64,000 bases of DNA from Flavisolibacter sp. (GTDB lineage Bacteria > Bacteroidota > Bacteroidia > Chitinophagales > Chitinophagaceae), in NCBI GenBank assembly GCA_965247165.1, contig OZ252003.1, positions 466,195-530,194 on the forward strand, given 5' to 3'. Below the pieces are notes generated by a model, which saw only the letters and a program-made list of their open reading frames with translations, had not been told where the DNA came from and did not search any database. The translations under genes and the position numbers were made by a program. The number at the start of each line of letters is the position of its first letter. The first letter of the stretch is position 1. Positions 29,206-38,087 of the stretch are shown in pieces.

Positions 29206-31395
29206 ATGAAGTCACTTGCTTTCATCTTCCCACTGTTGATTTTATGCAGCGCAATACATGCCCAAAATGTGGCTATCAATAATGATGGCTCCTTGCCAAA
29301 TACCAGCGCCATCCTTGATATAAAAACAGGTGTAAAAGGCGTATTGCTTCCGCGTACATCCACTACATCACGCCTTGCCATTGTTAACCCGGCCAAGGGT
29401 TTGATCTTGTACGATAGCACGGCTTCTGCTTTCTATTTCTACAATGGCTCTGCCTGGGCGCCGCTATCTATTGGCAGCAATGGCTGGAACATCACCGGCA
29501 ATACCGGCACCACTTCTTCAGCAAATTTTATCGGCACCACGGACGACATGTCCCTTCGTTTCAAAATAAAAGGCATCAACTCAGGACTGTTGGATTCTAC
29601 CACCGGCAACACGGCTTTCGGCTTTAAAGCTCTTGATTCATCAGGCCTTACCGCTACTCAAAACAACTCCTCCTTTGGCTATAAAAGTTTAAGTAATAAT
29701 ATTTCGGGAACAAACAATACAGCGACTGGTGCCAATGCGCTTCGCTATAACAAATCCGGTTACAACAATACGGCCACCGGGCACACCGCATTAACGTACA
29801 ATACCACCGGCTTCTTTAATACAGCAACCGGGTCGGGTGCACTTTACATCAATACTACCGGCAACAATAACAGCGCAAACGGTATAGGCGCTCTTTTAAA
29901 CAACAGCACGGGCAGTTACAACACAGCGTCAGGTGCATTTGCACTTGGGTCGAACACTACCGCTGATGCCAACACCGCACAAGGCTATGCGTCGCTTTAT
30001 TCAAACACAACCGGTGTACACAATACGGCAATTGGTAATGCTTCGCTTTATAACAACACAGTCAGCGTTAATAACGTAGCGGTTGGCGATTCGGCTTTGT
30101 TTACACATAATGGAAGCACCGGCTACAATACAGCCGTTGGTGCTATAGCGCTTTACGCCAATACAACAGGCAGCTACAACGTAGCCACCGGCAGCAGCGC
30201 TTTACGATCAAATACAACAGGAGGCGGTAATACAGCCACTGGCGCCAACACACTTTACTACAATACATCGGGAGATAACAACACGGCAACCGGGGCAGTG
30301 GCGCTTTACGCCAATACTACCGGTAACTACAACGTAGCAAACGGTGTACAGGCACTGGCATCAAACACATCGGGTTATTACAATGCAGCAATGGGCGGCG
30401 ATGCGCTTTATAAAAACACCACCGGTTTTTACAATACAGCGGCCGGTTTCAGAGCCTTGTATGCCAACATTGGCGGATACGAAAACACGGCGTTTGGCGG
30501 GCAAGCACTTTTCAAAAACATCAATGGCGCCTTCAACTGCGCGGTGGGTATTAATGCGCTGTACTCCAATACAGACGGCACCAACAATACAGCGGTCGGA
30601 GAAAAAGCGCTTTATACAAATGTGACCGGCATTAGCAATACGGCTACCGGACTAACATCGCTTTATTTTAATACCGGCGACAACAACACGGCTGATGGTG
30701 CTTCGGCACTTGTCAATAATACCACCGGCACTTTCAACACGGCGGTTGGGCTGAATGCGTTTTCGGGTAATATTACCGGAGGTGGCAATACGGCTGTTGG
30801 AGCCAATACAACGTTGAATGGTTGGACCAATTTGGTGAACGCTACGGCCATTGGTTATGCTACCGTAGTGGACGATCATAACAAAGTGCGAATAGGCAAT
30901 GGCAGCGTGGTATCTATCGGCGGCCATGTAGGCTGGACAAGCTTCTCTGATGGACGTTTCAAGCAACAGGTAGAAGAAGATGTAAAAGGCTTATCGTTTA
31001 TCATGCTACTCCGGCCTGTTACTTATACCATTGACTTACCCCGATTGAATCGCTATTATCATCCCGAAAAAAATGTATCAGGCGATGCCATGAATACCAC
31101 GTTGGCGGAAGCAGAAAACAAAAGCTTACAGCGGGCCGCCACACATCGTGAAAGCGGTTTTATAGCACAGGAAGTAGAGCAGGCCGCTACCAAAACCGGG
31201 TTTTCTTTTAGTGGTGTAGATAAGCCGGCATCTGACAGGGCCTTGTATGGTTTGCGTTACGGCGATTTTGTAGTGCCGCTGGTAAAGGCCGTGCAGGAGC
31301 AGCAAAAACAAATAGAACAACTTCAAAAAGAAGTAACCCGACTACAGGCGTTGGAGGAAAGAGTAAAAGCGCTGGAGAAAAGGGCAGCCAATTAA
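29206..31395 (+). CDS. Secreted fibre/adhesin-like protein with about 24 17-aa repeats and S74 chaperone
   Basis: Signal peptide, NTAxGxxALxxNTTGxx repeats, FSDGRFK at 30946, GFIAQEVE, LRYGDFVVPLVKAVQE and coiled coil. Confidence 0.82.
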   Translation: MKSLAFIFPLLILCSAIHAQNVAINNDGSLPNTSAILDIKTGVKGVLLPRTSTTSRLAIVNPAKGLILYDSTASAFYFYNGSAWAPLSIGSNGWNITGNTGTTSSANFIGTTDDMSLRFKIKGINSGLLDSTTGNTAFGFKALDSSGLTATQNNSSFGYKSLSNNISGTNNTATGANALRYNKSGYNNTATGHTALTYNTTGFFNTATGSGALYINTTGNNNSANGIGALLNNSTGSYNTASGAFALGSNTTADANTAQGYASLYSNTTGVHNTAIGNASLYNNTVSVNNVAVGDSALFTHNGSTGYNTAVGAIALYANTTGSYNVATGSSALRSNTTGGGNTATGANTLYYNTSGDNNTATGAVALYANTTGNYNVANGVQALASNTSGYYNAAMGGDALYKNTTGFYNTAAGFRALYANIGGYENTAFGGQALFKNINGAFNCAVGINALYSNTDGTNNTAVGEKALYTNVTGISNTATGLTSLYFNTGDNNTADGASALVNNTTGTFNTAVGLNAFSGNITGGGNTAVGANTTLNGWTNLVNATAIGYATVVDDHNKVRIGNGSVVSIGGHVGWTSFSDGRFKQQVEEDVKGLSFIMLLRPVTYTIDLPRLNRYYHPEKNVSGDAMNTTLAEAENKSLQRAATHRESGFIAQEVEQAATKTGFSFSGVDKPASDRALYGLRYGDFVVPLVKAVQEQQKQIEQLQKEVTRLQALEERVKALEKRAAN
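29608..30840 (+). repeat. Intragenic 51-nt (17-aa) tandem repeats
   Basis: About 24 units counted by hand, consensus NTAxGxxALyxNTTGxx. Confidence 0.9.
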
Positions 31396-31523
31396 AACGT
31401 CTTTTTACAATAGATCAGCAAACGAATGGCCATTGCATCAATTGATTAGTATAATCTTAAATGCGTGTTGAGGGTATTGAAATAATAGCGGTATTTTTTA
31501 TAATGACTTTTGTACATTCATCT

Positions 31524-34500
31524 ATGCCCAAACTGCTGCTGATTTTTTTAACCTCGTTGTACGTTTCGGCGGAAGCACAACAGGCTACCCAATATGTTTT
31601 CCGGCATATAGATCAGCATGACGGCCTTTTGCACAACAGCGTTTACACCATCGCCCAGGACCGCCAGGGTTTTATGTGGATCGGCTCCCGGAGCGGCTTA
31701 CAGCGGTATGACGGCCTGCGGTTTACTTCTTATCAACAGCAAATGTCGTCGTTGTCTTATTCGGCGCTGATACTAAATCTTTATGCCGATAGCAGTAAAA
31801 ATATTTGGATAAACACCACGCAACTAGCTAAGCTAAACACAGCAACTAAAGCGTTAACGGTTTATGATTCATCCATCGTAAATAATCCGCAGTTTGCCTT
31901 CGTCAACTACACTGATGGTTATGGCCGGCCCTGGCAGTTAAGCCCCTACGGCTTGTATTGTATGGACACTGTATCAAAGACAATGAAATTGTTTAGCGTA
32001 TCCTTGCCGCAGCATCCATCTAAAACAGGATATGCCATTTTTTACGATAGCCTTACTAACTACACCTGGGTTATTACCCGGCAAGGCTTACTGCTGTTTG
32101 ATCCGCAAACGAAACTAGTGTATTCGCACAATTACAATCCAAAGAAGAACCCTGTACTGGAGTTGTTTCAACAAAAAAATTTCTCCTGCCTGTTGATTGA
32201 TAAAGCAGGAAATTTTTGGCTGGCGACCTGGGAAGGCGAACTATACAAATATGATGCGGCAACAAAAAAAACAACGAGCTACGCACTGCAAGCACTAAGC
32301 GTTGCCGGGCTCTCGGCTGAAAAAAAGCGACGCGTTACCGTGAATTGCCTGTACCAGGATACAAAGGGGTTTTTATGGATAGGTACCGATAATACCGGTC
32401 TGCTTCGCTATAACAGCAGTACCAATTCGTTTGGGTTTATCACGGCAAAGGAAGAACAAGGTGTGCCATTCAATTATAACTTTTACTGTATTACAGAAGA
32501 CAGAGATGGTAACCTTTGGCTGGGAACCGATAAAGGCATTACGGTATTTAATCCTTACCGGCAATATTTTCAAACAGTAACCCATCAGGAAAGTAACAAA
32601 GCCTCGCTTCCGAAAAGTGAAATTACTTCTGTAATGCAGGCAACTACCGGTGATATTTATTTTGCCACCTGGGGCGAAGGGTTTAGCATATACGATAGCT
32701 TGCTGCGATTTAAAAAAACGGTAGTGCCCACCGGCAGTTACGAGTTTCCTTTACTCTGGTGTTTCGCCGAGGCCGATGATAAATTGATCTGGATGGGAGC
32801 CCAGCACGGCTATGTTCACATGTACAATTCTGCTGCGGGTTCTTTAAAGACAATTCATCCGCCGCAGATGGAAAATAATACCATCCGTTGTATGAAGAAA
32901 GATAGAGGAGGTAACATCTGGTTCGGATTGCATAGCGGAAGAATAGTAAAGTGGGACAAACGTTCCAACACTTTTAGTACAGGGGCCGAAAACCCTGCCG
33001 TAACGAATGCCAAACCCCTGCTGAACATTTTCATTGACAACCAAAACAGGTTTTGGCTTAGTACCGATGATGGCCTTTTGTTGTTTAACGCTACCACCTG
33101 CCAACTGGTAGCCCGTTATCCGATAGTGGTAACAGGTAAATCCGCTACCAGCCTCATTCGTGGCGTGGAGCAAGTGAACGATTCCACCCTTGCGGTTGCA
33201 ACCATGCGTAGTGGGATTTACTTCTTTTCTACTTCAACAAAAAGGTTTATCTCCCTTCCCTCTTTGTCGCTTTTGCATAATGATAATGTGTATGCCATAA
33301 AAAAAGATAGCGGGCAAAACCTTTGGATCAGCACTGATTATCAACTATACCAGCTACGGGCAAAAGATGATAAATTAATCAGTTATAAAATTAATACCGG
33401 CCTGCTGAGCGCTTCTTTTGAATTGCTCAATTTTTACAGCCTGCATGATGGCCGATGGATCACGTCAACCCTAACAGAAGCATTGATTTTTGATCCGGCC
33501 GTAGTAAGCCACACGGGTACTGTAAGAAAACAAGTGATAGTAACGGGGCTATCTATATTTGATCACCCCCTTTCCATTGATTCGGCGCTTGCTAATGACC
33601 AGCCCTTGCGATTGAAGTACGATCAAAATTCCCTTTCGTTACAATTTACCACGCTTACGTATGCCGGCATTGACGACAACGTTTTTTATTATAAGCTTTC
33701 TGGTGTAGATAAAGATTGGGCCAAGGGCGACGGGACAGGCGTGGCTAATTATAACAACCTTTCGCCCGGTAATTATATCTTTTCTGTAAGGGCGGGCAAT
33801 GCGCCGGAAAGCAGCCCGGTTACGTCTTTTGAGATCATCATCACACCGCCTTTTTGGAAAACAGGGTGGGCCATTAGCCTGATGGCCCTCGCTACCGGCT
33901 GGATTATTTATCGCTATATAAAAGGCCGTGAAAAAAGCATTAAGGCGGTAGAAGCCGGAAAGTTGAAACTGCAGCAATTGAATGCCGACCAGTATCGCAA
34001 TAAGCTGGAGATGGAACGGATCGTCAATTATTTTTCTTCTTCATTGATCGCCAAAAACACCGTAGATGATGTGTTGTGGGATGTAGCCAAAAACCTTATT
34101 GGCCGCCTGGGGTTTGAGGACTGTATGATGTACTTATGGAACAAGGAAAAAACTAAAATGGTTCAACGGGCCGGTTACGGGCCCAAGGGCTCGGTAGAGG
34201 AAATAAAGAACCGTCATTTTGATGTTGTTAGCGGCCAGGGTGTAGTAGGTTATGTGATGCAAACAAAGGAAGCAGTGCTTATTGCCGACACCTCGAAAGA
34301 CACCCGCTACCGTGTAGATGAAATGGAACGGCAAAGCGAGATAACGGTGCCGATCATTTACAACAATGAGTTGATTGGTGTAATAGATAGTGAGCATCAG
34401 CAAAAGAATTTTTATACGCAACAACATGTGCAGGTGTTAAGCACTATCGCTACGTTAACCGCCAATAAATTAATGTCTATCGAATCGGAGCAATCGTTGC

Positions 34501-35177
34501 AACAGACAAAAATAGAGATGCTGGGCATCAATGAAAAACTGTCGGAAGCCAGGCTGGATGCACTTCGCAGCCAAATGAACCCCCATTTCATTTTCAATTG
34601 TTTAAACGCCATTGACAACCTGATTCAAACATCCCAGACGGATAAAGCGACAACCTACTTAGCCCGTTTTGCAAAGCTTATCCGCTCCCTGCTTGACAGT
34701 TCTAAAACGGCCATTGTACCATTTAGCAAAGATGTTGAAACGCTTAGTCTCTATTTGGAGCTGGAACAATTTCGTTGCGACAATAAATTTTCCTACGAAC
34801 TAACAGCCGATAACGAGCTGCTGTATGGCGATTATAAAGTGCCTCCGTTACTTGTTCAACCCTTCGCTGAAAACGCGATTCATCATGGCTTGTTAAACAA
34901 GCTTGAAGGTGAAAGAAAGTTGATGATAAAGGCAGTTCTAAAAGACTGCTACATTGAGTACACGATAGTTGATAATGGTGTAGGGCGAACAAAAGCGATG
35001 GAATTAAAAGCGCTGAACAAACCGGAACATATTTCCTATGGTATTGATATTACAGAAGAGCGGATAAGGTTACATAATCAAAAAACCGATGGCAACGACA
35101 TTGTTTTCACTGATCTTTTTGAAGGTGATTTGCCATCGGGGACCGAAGTAGTGGTGCGGATAAAAGCCGATCACTGA
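31524..35177 (+). CDS. LytS-type sensor kinase: Reg_prop propellers, Y_Y_Y, TM, GAF, His_kinase
   Basis: IAQDRQGFMWIG repeats, FYYKLSGVDKDW..YNNLSPGNYIF, GAF (SEITVPIIYNNELIGVIDSE) and LRSQMNPHFIFN..ENAIHHG. Probable start ATG 31524. Confidence 0.9.
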   Translation: MPKLLLIFLTSLYVSAEAQQATQYVFRHIDQHDGLLHNSVYTIAQDRQGFMWIGSRSGLQRYDGLRFTSYQQQMSSLSYSALILNLYADSSKNIWINTTQLAKLNTATKALTVYDSSIVNNPQFAFVNYTDGYGRPWQLSPYGLYCMDTVSKTMKLFSVSLPQHPSKTGYAIFYDSLTNYTWVITRQGLLLFDPQTKLVYSHNYNPKKNPVLELFQQKNFSCLLIDKAGNFWLATWEGELYKYDAATKKTTSYALQALSVAGLSAEKKRRVTVNCLYQDTKGFLWIGTDNTGLLRYNSSTNSFGFITAKEEQGVPFNYNFYCITEDRDGNLWLGTDKGITVFNPYRQYFQTVTHQESNKASLPKSEITSVMQATTGDIYFATWGEGFSIYDSLLRFKKTVVPTGSYEFPLLWCFAEADDKLIWMGAQHGYVHMYNSAAGSLKTIHPPQMENNTIRCMKKDRGGNIWFGLHSGRIVKWDKRSNTFSTGAENPAVTNAKPLLNIFIDNQNRFWLSTDDGLLLFNATTCQLVARYPIVVTGKSATSLIRGVEQVNDSTLAVATMRSGIYFFSTSTKRFISLPSLSLLHNDNVYAIKKDSGQNLWISTDYQLYQLRAKDDKLISYKINTGLLSASFELLNFYSLHDGRWITSTLTEALIFDPAVVSHTGTVRKQVIVTGLSIFDHPLSIDSALANDQPLRLKYDQNSLSLQFTTLTYAGIDDNVFYYKLSGVDKDWAKGDGTGVANYNNLSPGNYIFSVRAGNAPESSPVTSFEIIITPPFWKTGWAISLMALATGWIIYRYIKGREKSIKAVEAGKLKLQQLNADQYRNKLEMERIVNYFSSSLIAKNTVDDVLWDVAKNLIGRLGFEDCMMYLWNKEKTKMVQRAGYGPKGSVEEIKNRHFDVVSGQGVVGYVMQTKEAVLIADTSKDTRYRVDEMERQSEITVPIIYNNELIGVIDSEHQQKNFYTQQHVQVLSTIATLTANKLMSIESEQSLQQTKIEMLGINEKLSEARLDALRSQMNPHFIFNCLNAIDNLIQTSQTDKATTYLARFAKLIRSLLDSSKTAIVPFSKDVETLSLYLELEQFRCDNKFSYELTADNELLYGDYKVPPLLVQPFAENAIHHGLLNKLEGERKLMIKAVLKDCYIEYTIVDNGVGRTKAMELKALNKPEHISYGIDITEERIRLHNQKTDGNDIVFTDLFEGDLPSGTEVVVRIKADH

Positions 35178-35208
35178 AGCATTACCTATACCTGTTAACC
35201 AACTGAAC

Positions 35209-35955
35209 ATGTTGAAAGCGATACTAATTGACGATGAAGAAAGCAGCCTGTCATCGTTACGGGAAAAGATCACCCGGCACTGTCCCCAGGTTACTATTAT
35301 TGCCACCTGCGACAATGCGCAAAAGGGTATTAGCACCATTGATTTTCTGAAACCGGATATTGTTTTTCTTGACATTGAGATGCCGGTGATGAACGGCTTC
35401 CTGATGCTGCAACAGCTAACCTTCAAAAACTTCGAACTCATCTTCACCACCGCTTATGATCATTATGCCATTAAAGCCATACGTTTTAGTGCATTGGATT
35501 ATTTAGTAAAACCTATCGAGATTGAAGAGTTGCAGCAGGCCATTGCGCGGGCCGAAGAAAAGCGGCACCAGGCCTTGCCCAACCAGCGTTTAGAATTGCT
35601 GTTAGATAACTTTGGGCAAAAGGTTCATGAGCGGCTGCGCATTGCCGTGCCTACCAATACCGGCCTCGAATTTTTAAAAGTGGAACAAATCATTTACCTC
35701 GAAGCCAGCATTAATTACACACATATTTTTTTAAAAGACGACCGAAAATTTACCGTTAGCCGCACCCTTAAAGACTTTGAAGAAATGCTTCCCCCCGATA
35801 CTTTTTTACGCATACATCATTCACACATCATCAACAAAAACTTTGCAGAGAAATACATCCGTGGCGAAGGCGGCCAGGTAGTATTAAGCAACGGTGTTGT
35901 GTTGGACATTGCCAAAAGAAAGAAGGCGGAGTTTTTAAAAGCGATTGGGTATTAA
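35209..35955 (+). CDS. LytTR-family response regulator
   Basis: IDDEE, FLDIEMP, FTTAYDHYA, DYLVKP and FLRIHHSHIIN. Confidence 0.94.
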   Translation: MLKAILIDDEESSLSSLREKITRHCPQVTIIATCDNAQKGISTIDFLKPDIVFLDIEMPVMNGFLMLQQLTFKNFELIFTTAYDHYAIKAIRFSALDYLVKPIEIEELQQAIARAEEKRHQALPNQRLELLLDNFGQKVHERLRIAVPTNTGLEFLKVEQIIYLEASINYTHIFLKDDRKFTVSRTLKDFEEMLPPDTFLRIHHSHIINKNFAEKYIRGEGGQVVLSNGVVLDIAKRKKAEFLKAIGY

Positions 35956-36049
35956 TGAACGTGAAACGTGAGACATCAAACTTGCAAATAGGGCAGCCTT
36001 TTATCTTATGGTCGTCGTCTGTTTTACGTTTCACTTTTCACGTCTCACG
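35953..36049. repeat. Inverted pair of 7-bp arrays
   Basis: CGTGAAA CGTGAGA (35960-35973) versus TTTTACG TTTCACT TTTCACG TCTCACG (36022-36049). Confidence 0.75.
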
Positions 36050-36067
36050 TCAAAGTATCTTCGCGGC

Positions 36068-36898
36068 ATGAATCCATTTTTATCTGACTTATTTGCGGCG
36101 CAAGAGTATCATCCCGATTCTTTCTTTTTAATAGCCGGGCCTTGCGTAGTGGAAAGCGAAGAAATTGTTTTTGAAATAGCCGGGAAAGTTTCAACACTTT
36201 GTAAGAAGCATCGCATTCCATATATACTTAAAGCTTCGTATCGAAAGGCGAACCGCACCAGCGCCAACTCATATACCGGAATGGGTGATGAAGCAGGATT
36301 AAAAATCTTACAAAAAGCGGCTAAACATTTCAACCTTCCTTGCACCACCGACATACACAGCGAGCCGGAAGCCGCCATGGCTGCGGCTTATGTAGATGTA
36401 TTGCAGATACCGGCTTTCCTTTGCCGCCAGACAGAACTTTTGCTTGCTGCCAGCGAAACCGGTAAAATAGTTAATGTAAAAAAAGGCCAGTTCCTAAGCG
36501 GCGGCTCTATGAAATTTGCCGTTGAAAAAATCAGGAAAGCCGGCAATGAAAAAGTGATGCTTACAGAACGCGGCAATACATTTGGCTACCAGGATTTGGT
36601 AGTGGACTACCGCAATATTCCCATTATGAAAGAGCATGCCGTACCAGTGATTATGGATTGTACCCATAGCCTGCAACAACCCAATCAAACCAGCGGTGTA
36701 ACGGGTGGCAATCCACAAATGATTGGTACCATTGCGGCGGCTGCTATTGCAACGGGGGCTGATGGCTTGTTTATTGAAACGCACCCTGATCCAGCGTGTG
36801 CATTAAGTGATGGCGCCAATATGTTGAAGCTGGATTTGCTGGAGGAGTTGTTGGTGAAGATGGTGAAGTTGCGCCAGGCGGTTGCCCGCCGTGACTGA
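36068..36898 (+). CDS. kdsA: 3-deoxy-8-phosphooctulonate synthase
   Basis: IAGPCVVES, KASYRKANRTS, QIPAFLCRQT, NVKKGQF, ERGNTFGY and FIETHP. Start moved to ATG 36068. Confidence 0.96.
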   Translation: MNPFLSDLFAAQEYHPDSFFLIAGPCVVESEEIVFEIAGKVSTLCKKHRIPYILKASYRKANRTSANSYTGMGDEAGLKILQKAAKHFNLPCTTDIHSEPEAAMAAAYVDVLQIPAFLCRQTELLLAASETGKIVNVKKGQFLSGGSMKFAVEKIRKAGNEKVMLTERGNTFGYQDLVVDYRNIPIMKEHAVPVIMDCTHSLQQPNQTSGVTGGNPQMIGTIAAAAIATGADGLFIETHPDPACALSDGANMLKLDLLEELLVKMVKLRQAVARRD

Positions 36899-37068
36899 AT
36901 TTAATCATCTTTTAAAACTTTCAGCCGATCGTTTTCCTGATCAGGACGGAAGATTCAGCATTGGTGTTTGAAAGGCTTTTGAACAAAACTTCTTTCACCC
37001 TTTTTAAGTGGTTAGCATTTGTATGGTGACATTATACCTTGTAGCCGGATGTTTAATTTTTAAAACGA

Positions 37069-37644
37069 ATGTTTGACAAACTATTTCAGGAAATAGCACG
37101 AACGGTAACACTGAATAGTGAAGACAAAGATTTGTGTACCCGCTTTTTTGAAACTGTAAGCGTTGGTCGGAATACCATTTTAGAAGAACAGGATAAGGTT
37201 CCACAATTCCTTTACTTTGTAAGTGAAGGATTTTTAAGACTGTTTTATTACGATGACAACGGAGATGAAATAACCACATTTTTAGCTTCACCAGATGGAT
37301 TTATAGCCTCGTTCCTTAGCCTTATTCATCAAAAGCCGGCAACTGAAAATGTAGAATGTATCACGGATTGCGAACTGCTAAAAATTTCAAGACAAAATCT
37401 TATAGCACTTATTGAACAAAGCGAAAATTTTAAACAATTCAGCCTGGTTATTTTTGAGAAAGTAATAGCCTTATCACAACTAAGAGCAAATGATTTTGCC
37501 ACACTTACAGCAGAACTGCGCTATAGAAAAATGATAGCGGAGCAGCCGCTTCTATTGCAAAACATTCCTGTTCAATACATCGCATCTTATTTAGGTATTA
37601 AGCCACAGAGCCTTTCAAGAATAAGGCGGCAGATTATTTTGTAA
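37069..37644 (+). CDS. Crp/Fnr-family cNMP-binding regulator
   Basis: YFVSEGFLRLFY, ENVECITDCELL and IASYLGIKPQSLSRIR. Confidence 0.9.
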   Translation: MFDKLFQEIARTVTLNSEDKDLCTRFFETVSVGRNTILEEQDKVPQFLYFVSEGFLRLFYYDDNGDEITTFLASPDGFIASFLSLIHQKPATENVECITDCELLKISRQNLIALIEQSENFKQFSLVIFEKVIALSQLRANDFATLTAELRYRKMIAEQPLLLQNIPVQYIASYLGIKPQSLSRIRRQIIL

Positions 37645-37653
37645 CAAATGTTA
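37642..37653. promoter_or_regulatory. Palindrome TAAC-AAAT-GTTA overlapping the Crp-gene stop codon
   Basis: Direct reading. Lies just upstream of the DUF2147-like/GT1 transcription unit. Confidence 0.5.
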
Positions 37654-37702
37654 AGTGACAGCGCACTTTATTTTTTGATTTTTGTACATCAACATAGTCA
37701 AA

Positions 37703-38074
37703 ATGAAAGTAAAGTTTCACCTCTGTAAAAAATTATTATTTGCCTCAATAATTTTATTTTATTGCCCTTCTATTTTTTCACAATCAAGCCTCATTGGAAA
37801 ATGGGCGGACGCAGACCATAAAGAAAAACAGATTGACATATACACTGAAAAAAACAACAAGCTTTATGGTAAAAGCGAAAAAGGATTTATCGTGCTCAAA
37901 GATTTTGTGTACAATTTCAACAGCCATACTTACAATGGAACGCTGGTAAACCCGGATGACAACGAAGAATTTATCATAACAATAAAACAACCGACTGTAA
38001 ACAGGTTTACTTTTTCTGTTAGAAAGTTTATTTTTTCTAAGCGATTCACTTTCGAAAAACAATCAACCAAATAA
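37703..38074 (+). CDS. Small exported protein, DUF2147-like
   Basis: Signal peptide, IGKWAD..QIDIY and YNGTLVNP. Confidence 0.5.
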   Translation: MKVKFHLCKKLLFASIILFYCPSIFSQSSLIGKWADADHKEKQIDIYTEKNNKLYGKSEKGFIVLKDFVYNFNSHTYNGTLVNPDDNEEFIITIKQPTVNRFTFSVRKFIFSKRFTFEKQSTK

Positions 38075-38087
38075 TACTGTTGAACAA

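Noticed and set aside
29608-30840. CRISPR-like periodicity
   Set aside because: The 51-nt period is an in-frame protein repeat with no invariant repeat/unique spacer structure and no cas genes
27221-31395. Prophage, suggested by tail-fibre/S74 domains
   Set aside because: Both proteins have signal peptides, and there are no capsid, terminase, integrase, baseplate or lysis genes nearby
35957-36035. parS site (CGTGAAAC / GTTTCAC half-matches)
   Set aside because: There is no complete 16-bp parS palindrome, and the matches belong to heptamer arrays. I saw no parS near parAB either.
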